DNA of 64,000 bases from Octopus vulgaris (GCA_951406725.2 OX597822.1:58962001-59026000), one strand, 5' to 3'; numbered from the stretch's first letter, positions 27,554-41,660 are shown. The notes: a model not told the origin generated them from the letters alone. Program-made: numbers and translations.

Positions 27554-27917
27554 AACGTATGTATTAATGTGTGTGTAGAGCTATGCATTAATGTGTTCTG
27601 TATTATTGCATATATGTATATATAATGTATATAAGTATATATCCTCACATACATATACGCACAGACTCACACCCATTTACACCACTATACCAGTTACGTG
27701 TTGAATGTATTTTGCCTTTTGTTAGTCTGAAGCCGATAAAGAAAAACACCAGTGAATCACTGGTATTTGATCAACACACCTTCAACACAATGACCAACAC
27801 ACCTTCCTCAAAAGGTGCGTAACGAATACATCTTTATTATTAAAGTGAACGTGGGAAGTTGTGACGTAAGCAGTGGAATATGACAGGTATGGTATTGAAT
27901 GGTGTGACATTCTTATA

Positions 27918-28136
27918 TTCTTTTATTCTTTTGCTTGTTTCGGTCATTTGACTGCGGCTATGCTGGAGCACCGCCTTTAGTCGAACAAATCGACCCCAGG
28001 ACTTATTATTTATAAGCCTAATGCTAATTCTATCAGTCTGTATTGCCGAACCGCTATGTGTCTTCTACTATAGCCTCGGGCCGACCAAAGCCCTGTGAGT
28101 GGATTTGGTAGACAGAAACTGAAAGAACCCGGTCGT

Positions 28137-28204
<68 letters not shown>

Positions 28205-28402
28205 TTATGTATGCATTTGCGTGTCTGTATTCCCCCCACCCCATCATCATCGCTTGACAACCGATGCTGGTGTGTCTACGTCCCGGTAACTTAGCGGTTC
28301 GGCAATAGAGACCGATAGAAAAAGCACTAGGCTTATAAAGAATAAGTTCTGGGGTTGAATTGTTCGACTAAAGGCGGTGCTCCAGCATGACCGCAGTCAA
28401 AA
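27918..28402. mobile_element. Two family A SINE segments joined head-to-head
   Basis: A minus-strand 3' part (27918-28054) abuts a plus-strand copy that starts internally at GTGTCTTCTACTATAGCC (~28057). Confidence 0.7.
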
Positions 28403-28447
<45 letters not shown>

Positions 28448-29449
28448 TAGTCTAGTTTCTAAAATTTTCAGAAGTTTTTTTGGTTGATGAAGATATATAA
28501 TCCGAGCGGGTACCATATGAGCTTCTCCCTATTGATAAAGCTGATTAGCATACGTGAATTTATGTACTTCCATTTCTTTGGTTCACTTATTTTTCGTACA
28601 TTGTCACGCCTCGCAATTTAGTTGTCTCTAAAGAGGCGGAAATTAAATGACTGCATAAATAAAAAATTGGATATTCTCTAATCTCTATTTTCTGTTTTCT
28701 TTAAACTGATTCATTATATATATATATATATATATAATATAAAATCTGTTCTGTCTGTGTGTGTGTGTGTGTCTTCTAGGATCTCGAGCATTCTCCATCC
28801 GATTGCGCTCAAATTTGATACGTAGATACCGACGGTATCAGGGCGTGTAGAAGTGTTGATAAAATTACTTTGAACTCTTCGGTTGCATATTTATGTGAAT
28901 AAAATAGTTTTTCTTTGGAATAGATAAAAATGTCTATCTTTATTTCTTCTTTTGCTGGTGTCTCAAATTTAGGTTAAATCAGTGTTTCTCAAAGGAGAAG
29001 CCTATGGGACGGTCTGACAAGTTATTTTGAGAAAATTTGGTTTAAATGTTTGACAACTCAGCACCGTCCATTGAACGGGGGGGGGGGGCGTTTTGCCTGT
29101 ATATATATATATGTGTGTGTGTGTATAAAATGAATAAGTTTATATATATAATAATGTTTATATGCCAATTATATGTGGCAGTCCCATAAAGGGCGATGTT
29201 ACTGTTGTTTTAGCCCCAGGAAAACATCTTCACCAGCTGGCTATCCACACACAGTTTGTGTCCGAATAGTGTTTGCAAGGGAGATCAATATAATTATATA
29301 TATATAATCAACTTCTTCACAGCATTCGTTTGCTAAATGCAGCCACAAGGTGTTGGTCGGTCCAAGGTTATATTAGAAGACACTTACACAAGGTTCCGCA
29401 CAGTGTGACTGAACTCGAAGCCACGTGGTTGCAAAGCGGGCTTCTTAAG

Positions 29450-29680
29450 TATTGTGTTGAGTCCAAAAAGTTTTTGCAATATTTTGGAAACTTATTTGCT
29501 TTATTTCTCAAGTTTCATTAAAAACAGCCTAGCATTTAATGTAGAGCCTATCGTGTTGCACAATCTGAAGCCACCTTTCTGCCAGTTCTTTGTTATCAGT
29601 TCTTGTCCTTCAGGGCGAAGAACTCCTTCACTGAAGCTTCCACATCCTTTTTGCTGATGGAGCATCGCTAGCGCAGGAGG
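29450..29680 (-). mobile_element. Mariner 3' remnant (a different family)
   Basis: Minus strand reads QQKDVEASVKEFFALKDKN..KELAERWLQIVQHD (mariner C-terminus), followed by a TIR-like ...TTGCAAAAACTTTTTGGACTCAACACAATA. Confidence 0.65.
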
Positions 29681-29810
29681 TGCGCCATGGATTGGAACAA
29701 GTAATAATCCGAAGGAGATATTTTCCCGCAATCCTAACGTACATAGAGCAGCGGTCTCCATATTCTTTAATTGGTATTCTGACACTGAAAACAACGATTT
29801 TCAGCTAATA

Positions 29811-30379
29811 TATTGGGTTGTCCGGAAAGTTCGTGCCGATTTATAGTAGCCTACGTTTCGACTTATTTTAGAACATGATTGAGTCCATAAAATAGGATTT
29901 GACTACACCTCCATTTAGAGCACAGTTTAAGCTATCTTTTCGTGGAAGAAGGCTTATGTTCCTATAATCTGTGTTAATTCTGTAACCCTTTAAAATGGAA
30001 AATAAGAAAGTTCGTTTTCGGCACTTGATGCTTTGGGAACCAGACAAAAATTGCTGCAACTCGGCTGGGTTATGTTACCCCACCCTCTGTATTCACCAGA
30101 TATTGCTCCTTCGGATTTCCACTTATTCTGGTCTCTGCAGAATAGTCTTAATGATAAAAATTTCAATTCCTTGGATGACGTAAAAAGATACCTTGATGAA
30201 TTCTTTGCCATGAAATCACCTCAATTCTGGGAAGAGGGTGTTTTCAAGTTAAAGGACGATGGAGACGCATTGTGCAACAAAATGGTTCATATTTGATTGA
30301 TTAAAAATGTAATGGCAAGTATTTATTGACCTTTTTCTTTCCTTTAAAAATCGGCACGAACTTTCCGGACAACCTGATA
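29811..30379 (+). mobile_element. Internally deleted non-autonomous mariner (copy 1)
   Basis: TIR TATTGGGTTGTCCGGAAAGTTCGTGCCGATTT; MENKKVRFRHLMLW fused out of frame to TRQKLLQLGW..YSPDIAPSDFHLF. Confidence 0.9.
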
Positions 30380-31310
30380 GAAATGATGAAATGAAAACAT
30401 CATTATATGAATATCAGAGGATTTAAGATATAATGTTAGGCATTAACAAAAGAAACGGATTCCACTTTCTCTAACCGGTTTAAAGCTACTTTAAAACATA
30501 CTGTGGAGAAAATGTAAAGGGATGTAAACATGACTGTATGGAGAAGTCTACTGGGAACCACATGACTTCGGGCTCGATCACATTGCACGATTGTACGGTG
30601 TCTGAGACAATTTTCTTTTATCATTGTCTCGGCTTAACCATGCCAGATGGAAACTATGCACGTTGTCTGGTTGATTCAAAAATGAAGCTTTATAATGTAG
30701 AAACTGATAATAAATTCAATAGAGACTTAGAAATAGTGTCGGTAGGAGAAAATACAGAGTGCATCTACTTGATGTTTTAGTAGAATTCCAGTGTAGATAT
30801 GGTTAGTTCAAAAAAGGATAGTTGGCTGATATTTAGGGCGGTTGGTTAGCAGAATCATCAGAGCATCGGATAAAATGTTTTGCGCTATCTGTTTCAGCTC
30901 TTTACGTTTAGAGTTCAAATTCTACTTCGTTCAGCCTTGCATTTCGTCCGTCTGGGGTCGATAAAAGTCAAGTATTGAGTTCAACTGTTTGATCTGCGCC
31001 AGTATGCAATAAGATATCATGGTACAGATGAACTTAAATCCCCGCTCAACGATAGGGACTTCGAATGGGAAAAATGATACGCCAGTTAGAGAACACAACC
31101 GGCACATCAAGAATATAGCTGAGGAAGTGGAGCTAGGAGCAGTGGAGCGGTCCTCCTCGTGCGAGGCTTTTTATGGGGGAGGCAGCTTTCGGTTCCTTTA
31201 TAAGCGTATGTCGGCTTGGAGGCCCGGAGCGTAGCCCTGAGCGTACGCATGCTGGCTATGTCACTGCGTTATGTTAAAATATTCCATCTGTAATATCCTT
31301 ATTGTCAACA

Positions 31311-31518
31311 AGGCAGCGAGCTGACAGAATCGTTAGCACGTCGGGAAAAATGCTTAGCGGTATTTCGTCTGCCGCTACGTTCTGAGTTCAAATTCCGCTG
31401 AGGTCGACTTTGCTTTTCGTCCTTTCGGGGTCAATAAAATAAGTACTAGATGAGGTCGATGCAATCGACTTACCCACTCCTCGAAATTGCTGGCTTCGTG
31501 CCAAAATTTGAAACCAGT
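31311..31518 (+). mobile_element. SINE family B
   Basis: GGCAGCGAGCTGACAGAATCGTTAGC head and family B body. Confidence 0.85.
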
Positions 31519-32328
31519 ATCCTTACTGTCAACATGGCTTACATACACATTCAGTAATTTCCTGACATAACATAACCTCTTTTGAAGGCAATAATATGAG
31601 AAGAGTCTCTTTATAAGCAGACTATTTTAAAATGCATAACGGAAAAAAGAAACAGAAACAAGATTTAGTTGTTATTTGTAGCAGATCAAACGTTGTTAAC
31701 GTTGGTCTATTTCAGTGTCATACTATCTCTGTGGGCAGTCGTGTTACTTTCAGACCCATATTAGGGTTTCAGTTAAAAAAGTGACTCGACTCAAAGGCTA
31801 ATGAAATTCTATTGCGGGATTGGTTTATAAACCCACTTACAGATGTGTGTGTTTGTTTACGTGTGTATGTGATTCGTAATGTTGAAGCGTGTAGTATTGT
31901 GTTAAGCTGTATGTGTGTGTGTGTATAATGGAGGTAAAAACAGAAAAGTGTATTATTAGTGTGTGTATGTGTGTGCATGTGTATGTGTTTGTGCGTAAGT
32001 GTCTGTGTGTATTTGGATGGTTATATGCTCATTGGTAATTATTTCACTTTTCACACAGAAATAAGAAAATAAGAAACAAATTAATAAATAGATAAAATAA
32101 CAAGAAACAGAAGTGATCAACCAAACATTGTTGTTGTTTATCTCAGAAAAAAATCCTAAAGCAATAAACCGGTTTTTCTCAATCGCCAAGTTAGGCTCTC
32201 AGTGGTTCAGTGGTTTAGTGATGACGCTCTGATAACTAGTTAAATGTAGTTGCCTACTGGTCGGAACCAGTGTACAAATACGATATATAATTTATGATAC
32301 CTGATATCTCTCTGTCTCGATGTATATA

Positions 32329-32394
<66 letters not shown>

Positions 32395-32396
<2 letters not shown>

Positions 32397-32462
32397 TAAT
32401 CCAAACAAGAGAGCACAAAAAAACACAACAACGCGAGGACGTAGAACAAATATAGTATTATT

Positions 32463-32530
<68 letters not shown>

Positions 32531-32712
32531 CCATGATAGATCATTAGCCACAACACGCATTTTTTTCTCTCCTTGTTTTTACTGTGTCCCTTTCTGTAGA
32601 AGAGCGCAGGCTCGAAACGTAAAATACTTTTTCTATTCCTGAGCGTTATACTAATACATCTGTTTGTTTTGTACACCATCTGTCTAAGTCTTTTGTTTTT
32701 TTCGTAAACTCT

Positions 32713-32767
<55 letters not shown>

Positions 32768-32781
32768 TAAATGAAAGAATG

Positions 32782-32861
<80 letters not shown>

Positions 32862-33070
32862 GTTAATCCAAACACGAACAAAGAGAAAACACAACAAAGA
32901 GAGGATGTGGAACAAGTATAGTGTTATTGGACGCTCAGGAAAGGAAAGAAAGAAGGATTTAACGTTTTAGAGCGGAGCTCTTCGTCAGAAATATAGAAAA
33001 AGGAAAGGTCCAAGGAAAGGAAGACGGACAAAGAAAATCGCCAACGATACACACGTGGTCACATATTGAA
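32395..33070. mobile_element. (TA)n-embedded repeats with decayed hammerhead cores, both orientations
   Basis: CTGTAGAAGAGCGCAGGCTCGAAACGT (+, ~32594-32620); CTGACGAAGAGCTCCGCTCTAAAACGTT (-, 32961-32988). Confidence 0.55.
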
Positions 33071-33235
33071 TGACCGGAAGGGAATGGACGAAGAAAAAGT
33101 TCTCTCAAAGACAGGAGATTTCTGCAGGCAATGGGATCAGTGTTCCTGTATGTGAATTTGTCTTGAATGGATAAAGCATTGTACAACATTGAACCACTTT
33201 TCAGCGCAATCAGAAGTTAAAATGATCAGAAACCA

Positions 33236-33311
<76 letters not shown>

Positions 33312-33345
33312 AACAAACAAACACACACACACATACATACATACA

Positions 33346-33377
<32 letters not shown>

Positions 33378-33840
33378 CACACATTTGATGTTTAATTTCC
33401 AATGAAAGACTTATTTCTTGGTTAGAAACCGATTCGTTCTCCTTCGGTGAGAAATTTGAAATATAAAACCATATTATACTTACACCTACACGCACGCATG
33501 CATATGCATACATACATACATACATACATACATACATACATACATACATACATACGTACATATATACATACATACATAGGCATACGTACATTTTTTGCAT
33601 TCCATACGACATACATTTGATATGAACATGCTTATTGACTAAATCCCCACAAGTTTAAATAAAATACAGACAACTCACACATACACACACTCGTTAATTA
33701 ACGCATATGTGTTAAATTATATCTGTATCAATCAACGTTCATTCTTCATATATTGATACATTTTCGTATAAAGCCAATTCCACGCACCACGCCTCACATT
33801 ACCTACATGTAATATGCTCACATGCTGTTTTCTCCCGCTC

Positions 33841-33875
<35 letters not shown>

Positions 33876-33994
33876 CACACACACACACACACACACATAC
33901 ATACATACACACACACACACATACATACATACATACACACACACATTCCCGCTCGTTGCCATAAGCTTACTTAATCCTTCCTTACTCATTCATT

Positions 33995-34360
33995 ATGTAT
34001 GTATGTATGTATGTATGTATGCATGTATGTATGCATGTATGTATGTATGTATGTATGTATGTATGTATGTATGCATGCATGTATGCATGCATGTATGTAT
34101 GTATGTATGTATGTATGTATGTATGTATGTATGTATGCATGTATGTATGTATGTATGCATGTATGCATGTATGTATGTATGTATGCATGTATGTATGCAT
34201 GTATGTATGTATGTATGTATGCATGTATGTATGTATGCATGTATGTATGTATGTATGTGTGTATGTATGTATGTATGTATGTGTGTATGTGTGTATGTAT
34301 GTATGTGTGTATGTATGTATGTATGCATGTATGTATGTATGTATGCATGTATGTATGTGT
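33995..34360. repeat. (ATGT/ATGC)n microsatellite
   Basis: Long tetranucleotide array. Confidence 0.95.
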
Positions 34361-35908
34361 GTGTGTGTGTGTGCGCGTGTGTGCATATATACCCACTTTC
34401 TCTACCCCACATATATGTACGCACGCGCACACACGTATTCATTTCGTTGAAAACGGTTCAATCGCACTGGATTACTTTTACATGTAGTACTCAATAAAAA
34501 ATTCCAGTGTAAAGTTTTATATTTTGTTCATTTAAACGTTTGCACTATTTTATTGTTTTACGTGTTTCAGCCTTTGGAGTCCGCTCATGCTGATGTTCTG
34601 TCTTGAAGAGTTTAGTTTTACAAATCGCCCCAAGCGTTTAGGCTACCGTTTCTTTTTTCCAGATTGCTTAGTCAACGTAATATGAAGTATAGTTGTGATA
34701 ATAATCGACCATAACTAACATTTATGTGCTGCGTGTTCAATCCACGGAATCGCACCAAATTGGGTATAATTTTTCATTCTGTTTATTTAACTAGGAATAT
34801 GATACATTTTAAAAGCAGTTGAATAAATAATATTTGAGATTTAACAAATAAGTGAACATTTGGTCATTGCAACATACTGATATATAACACGAAAAGGATT
34901 CATAATTAGCGAGGATAAATTTAGTTAAGAAAATAAGAATAACTCTGTGTGGAGTTTTCAGCTTTTATTAATATTCTAATGTAGAATAATTGAGAAGCTA
35001 ACATATAGTGAAAATTATACAACTTCGGAAGAATGTGATAGCTCTCTTAGAGAGTTTAGAGTTGCTTGTCTTTTTATATAATGCAGCAAAAAGTTACAGA
35101 ACACTCTATAAACCATTTGGTGAGAAGATTTCATCAGCTCACCTCACGTTAGCATAATAATTCTTTCTACTATAAGCACTAGGCCTGGATTTTGTGGGGA
35201 GGGGGATAGTCAATCATATCAACCTCAGTACTCCACTGGTACTGATTTTATCGACCCCAAATGGATGTAAGACAATATCGACCTCCGTGGAATTTGAACT
35301 CAGAACGTTGTGGCAGACGAAATACCGCTAAGCATTTCACACGGCGTGTTAACGATTCTGCCAGCAAGCGCGTTTGTAAAGTGAACTTCTTAACCACACA
35401 GCATTGATATATATATATACACACAAAGAAAAAATATACCATTATATTGCACTACTTAATAATCTTTTCTTTGAAAACTTTTTCACTGTTCTCAGTTTTG
35501 TTAAAAGCTTGGCGATCGGGCGAGTATACTGGCACTGATGTAGCAACATTTGAAACTTTGTCTTCGTGAATCTAGCTGAGGAAAAATCAATCAAATTAAC
35601 GTTAACAAACGTATTTTGAAGAGTTCGAAACCTAGGTCCTAGATTATCTACATCTGGGTTGTACATTTAAACAATCAAGCGATTTGTTTCAACACACGAA
35701 TTCACATGAAGAATCTTGCAAACCAAATTCAAAAGCGAAGAACGAACGATAACAGCGATATCTTCAAAATAGGAACTGATACAAATTTTATCGAATCTGA
35801 AGGAAGAATTTGCGATTGGGAAGGATGGGAGTATATCAATTTGGCTGCCTACAGCGACTGTAGAGTCAGTGAAGCAACCGAACTGGCATTTATGCCCATT
35901 GCCTGCTT

Positions 35909-35977
<69 letters not shown>

Positions 35978-36447
35978 CGCAAGCACAGACCAGTGATGGA
36001 AATAGGCGTTAGAAGTCGGTATACATACACGTACACATTCAAATAGATGTACATATACACTCATATATAGATACATGTACATACGTGCAATCACAGAGAG
36101 GTATATAAATATTGGTTTCAAATTTTAACACAAGGCCAGCAATTTTGAGGGAGGGGTTAAGTCGATTAAATCGACCCCAGTGCTGAACTGGTACTTATTT
36201 TATTGACTCCGAAAGAATAAAAGGCAAAGTCGACCTTAGCAGAATTGGAACTCAGAAGGTAAAGACGGATAAAATGCCGCTAGGCAGTTTGCCTGACGTG
36301 CTAATGACTCTACCAGTTCGCCGCCTTAAGAGATACATAAATATATTCACATACATACTTACATACATTTGCACGCAGACTGAAACATACGTACGTATAT
36401 ATATATACACATACACATTCACACGTATTCACAGTGACACACGCGCG

Positions 36448-36499
<52 letters not shown>

Positions 36500-36502
<3 letters not shown>

Positions 36503-36592
36503 GAAACATAGATATTCCAGTTCATCACAGAAGATATAACAGAAAACTAATTCTCCAATTGAATGTAATCGGAACGCCGGGTATCTCTGCTA

Positions 36593-36638
<46 letters not shown>

Positions 36639-36735
36639 TAGCAGAGATACCCGGCGTTGCCCGATTACATTCAATTGGAGAATTAGACTTTTCTGTTATA
36701 TCTTCTGTGATGAACTGGAATATCTATGTTTCGAA
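36500..36735. repeat. Inverted duplication of a Helitron-like 3' end around (TA)n
   Basis: TTCGAAACATAGATATTCC...GCCGGGTATCTCTGCTAGT (TA)n ACTAGCAGAGATACCCGGC...GGAATATCTATGTTTCGAA. Confidence 0.9.
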
Positions 36736-37949
36736 TTTCATCAAAATTGCAGATGAGGGTTATTTCAATCTTTACACACCCTAAAAAACTGTAATCGTGC
36801 CACATGTATCCCATAATCCTGATTTTTATGCGCATATTCCAAAATTCCAGTCTTATTTAACTTGTTAAAAAGATTTTGTTCCTGAAAAATGAAGGTCATG
36901 GAGCTCTAAAATGTGAGAGTTTAGGCCCCTGTTGGGGGTGGGCATCTTAATGTTAACCAGAGAAGTTGAATTGTTCAAAATCTTTTTAACTTGGGTCTTA
37001 TATCTATTGTTTGAATTTCTTTGAAATAGGAAATATATGTCCACTGGGTTTGTAAAAGAGAGCAAAGCTACAGGAAACCAAAAGACGAATGATCACAATA
37101 AGCAGTCAGTTACCCTACCCTAGTCGTTACCACTCCTAATGTAGGATTCCTCACCATCCAGATGACAGGCACAGCCGTAAGATGCATTACGAATCGATAG
37201 CAATTGGAAGGGCGTGACCCAACTGAAATCAACATTAACAACTATTTGACGTGAGAGCTAAGGAGAAATGAAAGTGTCACCTCTGTAGTTTGTAAATGAC
37301 CACTATACTGATACGTAACTGGATAGAATAAATTTAAAATCTATAAATGTCTTCGAATAACCAGTCACTCATCTGGGAAGGCCTTGAAATCAATGTTACC
37401 ATCTGGGGACTATGTGTGACCGAGTGATAATAAAAAGACTGAAAGGAGGTCTGCAATCAAATAAATTTTACTCTTCACTTTGCAACTGAATCAGTGGAGG
37501 CAAAGATGCCTCTCATTTACTTGACAATTTATGCAGCACATTGCAGAAATCACAATGTAAGTGTATGTCAAAGCAAACGGTTACACTGTTGTATCATTGA
37601 ATTACAAATAATGCTCATCTTTTATGCTCGGGTAACCCTACAGCTTCCAAGAGCACAACTGTATTCATTTTTGCTTAGATAAAATGACAAAATTGTAGAT
37701 GTTAAGTCCCCATGGAGGGGTCTTTCTAACTTTGTAAGATGAAATTTTATAGATATTACTTCATTTGTGTCTAATGTCTATGGTTAAAATTTCATCAACA
37801 GCAAAAATATATGAATTGTCATGGGCGTTATGGCCCTTATGCATAGAATATAATTTCCAAATTTCATAAAGATCCATTCAGTACTTTTGACCAAGTTTTG
37901 GATCATAAAAGAAATTACTAAAATTTTGGATTTAAGGCCCCCATTAGGG

Positions 37950-37998
<49 letters not shown>
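36638..37998 (-). mobile_element. Non-autonomous Helitron-like element
   Basis: Minus strand starts A|TCTATATA.. (37998) and ends with a GC-rich hairpin (CGGGCAACGCCGGG) plus CTAG|T (36638); no TSD. Confidence 0.6.
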
Positions 37999-38290
37999 TA
38001 CACACACACATGTACACATACAAAGATAAATTGATTGATACAACTGAGTGAGCAAACAAAAATATGAGACACAGCCTAGTGCTTTTTTATGTTGATAAGC
38101 CTAGTACTTACTCTATTAGTTTGTTCTTGTGAAACCAGTAAGTTATGTGGATGTAAATAAGTGAACAGCAGTTGTGAAGCAGTGATGAGGGCGAAACACA
38201 GAGACAAAGACACACACATACACTTACATATATACATACATATATATACGATTTATTTGTTACAGTTCCTGTCTACGAAATCCATATATA

Positions 38291-40337
38291 TTGTTGTTGG
38301 CATCCTTTTTGTCTCGGGAGACAATGGAGTTGCGCATAAAATAATCTAGTCCGGCTTTTACATTTCATGTCCTAATACATCTCTTGCTGTGGCTGTGTAG
38401 TCCTATCCGGGACAAACACTCCCTCTGGAAGGTGCCGTAAATGTAGCGAAGACTTTGCCTGACTGGTTGTAATGTCATAGTTTCTTGTTGACGTCTTTTC
38501 TTGTCTTTCCATTTCTCCTTTCTCACTATGTCACTCCTTTGTGTTCCCTCTTTTACGGTACGTCGCCAATCTCCACGGTTGCTGGCAACTGCTTCCCAGT
38601 TGGTAATATTGATGTTGCAGGCATTCATGTCCTTTTTGCAAACATCCTTGTATCGTAAGAACAGTCTTCCCACAGACCTAGTGCCCCTAGCAAGCTCTCC
38701 GTTGAGTATGTCCTTGGGGATTCTGCCATCTTCCATACGGCTAACATGTCCAAGCCATCTCATACGTCTTTGTGTGAAGAGTGCAAACATGCTTGGTATT
38801 CCTGCTTGCTTGAGGACATCTTTGTTAGGGACATGATTCTGCCATTTGATGTGATGGATTTTCCGGAGACAGCGCAGGTGAAAGATATTTAGGCGACGTA
38901 TGGCGTCGTATGGCGTGTGTATGGCGTCAAAGTCATACAGTAGAGTGCTAAGTACACATGCCTGGTAAATCTTCATTTTTGTGGTCTTGGTCAGCTTATT
39001 GTTGTCCCATGCGCGTTTGGTGAGTTAGGCCATCACAGCAGCTGCCTTGCCAATGCGTATATTGAGCTCAGCATCAAGGGATAGGTTGTAGGTGACGGTA
39101 GAGCCAAGATAGGCAAACTTCTCCACCTCCTATACTCTGTGGTCTCCAATATGTATGTTTGGGATGTCCGATGTAGCCTGACCCATGATGTTGGTCTTCT
39201 TGAGGCTGATAACTAAGCCAAAGTTGCCAGATGCTTACTCAAAACAGTTGCTGAGCCTTCGTAGGGCTTCTTCTGTGTGTGATACCAGAGTGGCATCATC
39301 AGCAAATAGCATCTCCTTGATCAGGACGCTTCTGAGATTTTGGTCTTGGCACGCAGACGCGAGAGATTGAACAGTTTCCCATCACTTCTACTGTGCAGAA
39401 ACACTCCATCATCTGATGTCTCAAAGGCATGTGACAGCAGCAGCGAGAAGAAGATGCCAAATAATGTAGGAGCAAGGACACAACCTTGCTCTACCCCATT
39501 TTTTATTTGGAAGGCGGCTAATGTTGAACCATTGTGCTGTATGGTGCCTTGCATATTATCATGGAATGATTTGATGATCCTCAGCAGCTTTGGTGGACAT
39601 CCGATTTTTGGAGCAGGATGAAGACGCCTTGTCTACTTACCAAGTCAAAGCCCTTTGTCAGATCAATGAAGGCCATATATAATGGCATGTTCTGCTCTCT
39701 GGACTTCTGAAGTTGGCGTATGGAGAATATCATGTCAATAGTTGATCTGCTTCTTCTAAAGCCACACCGCGATTCTGGATAAATTCGAGAAGCAATTAGT
39801 TGCAGCCTGGACAGGATAATGCGAGCAGAGGCCTTTCCAACTGTGCTTAGAAGAGATATTCCACGGTAATTGTTACAATCATCACGGTCACTTTTATTTT
39901 TGTAAAGCGTAATGATGTTAGCATCCCGCATATTCTGAGGGACTGTACCCTCTAACCAGCACTGACACAGAAGCTCATGAATGTGCCGAAGCAGGATGAT
40001 GTTTTTGCCGGTTTTGATGATCTCTAAGGAGATGCCGTCTTTTCCCGGAGCCTTGTTACTTGCTAGGGAGTCAATAGATTTGGTGAGCTCTGCTATAGAT
40101 GGCAGACTGTCAAGTTCACACATGACTGGCAAGATCTTGACACCCTCGATTGCAGCCTCAGCTACCGTGGTCTCTCGTGAGTAGAGATCCTGGTAGTACT
40201 CCATCCATCTATCCATTTGCTTGCTTTGGTCCCTGATGAGATCTCCAGTAGTTGATTTCAGAGGGGCTGAGGTGGTTGCGGATGGACCGAGGGCCTTCTT
40301 CAAACCGGCATACATCCCACGGGTGTCGCCACTGTTA
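38291..40337 (-). mobile_element. RTE-clade LINE (BovB/RTE-1-like), 5'-truncated, frameshifted
   Basis: KAPGKDGI, ITLYKNK..CNNYRGISLL, RSTIDMIFSIRQLQ, FIDLTKGFD, GVEQGCVLAPTLF, FADD, YLGS, RWLGHVSRMEDGRIPKDIL, CLSRIGLHSH; (CAA)n tail. Confidence 0.9.
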
Positions 40338-40803
40338 GCTACGAGACCACAGTGAGCGCTATGGCGACCAGAGCTTGCTCTGGGCGCCATTGGGCTCACT
40401 GTCCACGGCTACGAGCCGAGCCGAGCCGAGCCTTCTTGTTCATAGTGGTAAGACCAAAGCCATAGCGCTCACTGTGGTCTCGTAGCCGTGGACAGTGAGC
40501 CCAATGGCGCCCAGAGCGAGCTCCGGTCGCCATAGCGCTCACTGTGGTCTCGTAGCCGTGGGCAGTGAGCCCAATGGCGCCCAGAGCGAGCTCTGGTCGC
40601 CATAGCGCTCACTGTGGTCTCGTAGCCGTGGACAGTGAGCCCAATGGCGCCCAGAGCGAGCTCTGGTCGCCATAGCGCTCACCGTGGTCTCGTAGCCGTG
40701 GACAGTGAGCCCAATGGCGGCCAGAGCGAGCTCTGGTCGCCATAGCGCTCACTGTGGTCTCGTAGCCGTGGACAGTGAGCCCAATGGTGCCCAGAGCGAG
40801 CTC
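40338..40803. repeat. GC-rich 70-bp minisatellite (~4.9 units) plus one inverted unit
   Basis: Unit CATAGCGCTCACTGTGGTCTCGTAGCCGTGGACAGTGAGCCCAATGGCGCCCAGAGCGAGCTCTGGTCGC at 40461, 40531, 40601, 40671 and 40741; reverse copy at 40338-40415. Confidence 0.95.
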
Positions 40804-40892
40804 AACACACTCCTTATACCCTAAGTAAGGCATGTGTAAAATTTGAATGAAATCGGTTGTGTAGTTCTCAAGTTTTAGGGAAACACACATTC
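40804..40892 (-). mobile_element. Helitron-like 5' region fragment
   Basis: Reverse complement matches 48285-48365 (TTCCCTAAAACTTGAGAACTAC..ATTTCATTCAAATTTT..CATGCCTTACTTAGGGT). Confidence 0.6.
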
Positions 40893-41402
40893 TCACGGCA
40901 CGAAAAAAGCACCCACTACACTCACAGAGTGGTTGGCGCTTTAGGAAGGTCATCCACCTGTATAAACACTGCCAGATCAGACTGGAGCTTGGTGCAGCCT
41001 CCTGGCTTCCCAGACCCCGGTCACACTGTCGAACCCGTGCTAGCACGGAAAACGGACGTTAAACGATGATGCTGATGATAATTCTCCGTATTTGTTTCTC
41101 TCTCCTTTCTCTCTCACTTTCCCACTCTCTTACTTTTCTTTTCTCTCGGACTCTCCCTCGCTTTCTCTTACTCTCTATCTTTATCTATCTCTCTCCCATT
41201 TATAAACAACAGAAGATCTTGATTAAGTTGAGAAATAAAATATTTAGAAAGATCAATCATAAATATCAGGCAGTGGCAATGGAAAGGTCTGCTTCAAGGC
41301 AGACAGCAAAATGCTAACATTTAAAAGGGACAGACGAACTTGCGAGCTGAAGAAAAATAATAAAATATTGGAAACCAAAGTTTGAAGGGATAGAATCTGA
41401 GG

Positions 41403-41660
41403 ATAGTAGAGTCACCATGGATGGCATTTGTTAACGACGGACAGCAACGTATTGACAGTTTAACGGCTGGCGTAAAATTTTCAACTTGATGTAAAAGAAA
41501 ATTCGTAAACACCAAGTTTTGAAGTGATTCTTTCTCACGACAGTAGACTCACCATGGCAAGCATTCAAAAGTTCTTTATCATGGACGGCAACACATTGAC
41601 GATTAAAAGGCTGGCGCAAATTTTTTAGCTTGATGTAACAGAGAATTCCTAAACACCCGC
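41403..41660. repeat. Degenerate tandem duplication, ~137-bp period
   Basis: AGTAGA(G/C)TCACCATGG...ATTGAC..TTAA.GGCTGGCG..TTGATGTAA..GAAATTC.TAAACACC occurs twice. Confidence 0.7.

Noticed and set aside
30410-30780. 80-aa ORF or possible LINE endonuclease remnant
   Set aside because: Multiple stops in the candidate frame and no clear motif.
35442-35900. Unique-looking ORFs, faintly retroelement-like
   Set aside because: No diagnostic motif or splice support that I can defend.
40461-40803. CRISPR-like or AAV-ITR-like appearance of the 70-bp array
   Set aside because: There are no unique spacers or cas genes. The AAV similarity is limited to short words (GCTCACTG/CAGTGAGC, GAGCGAGC) with no Rep/Cap ORF.
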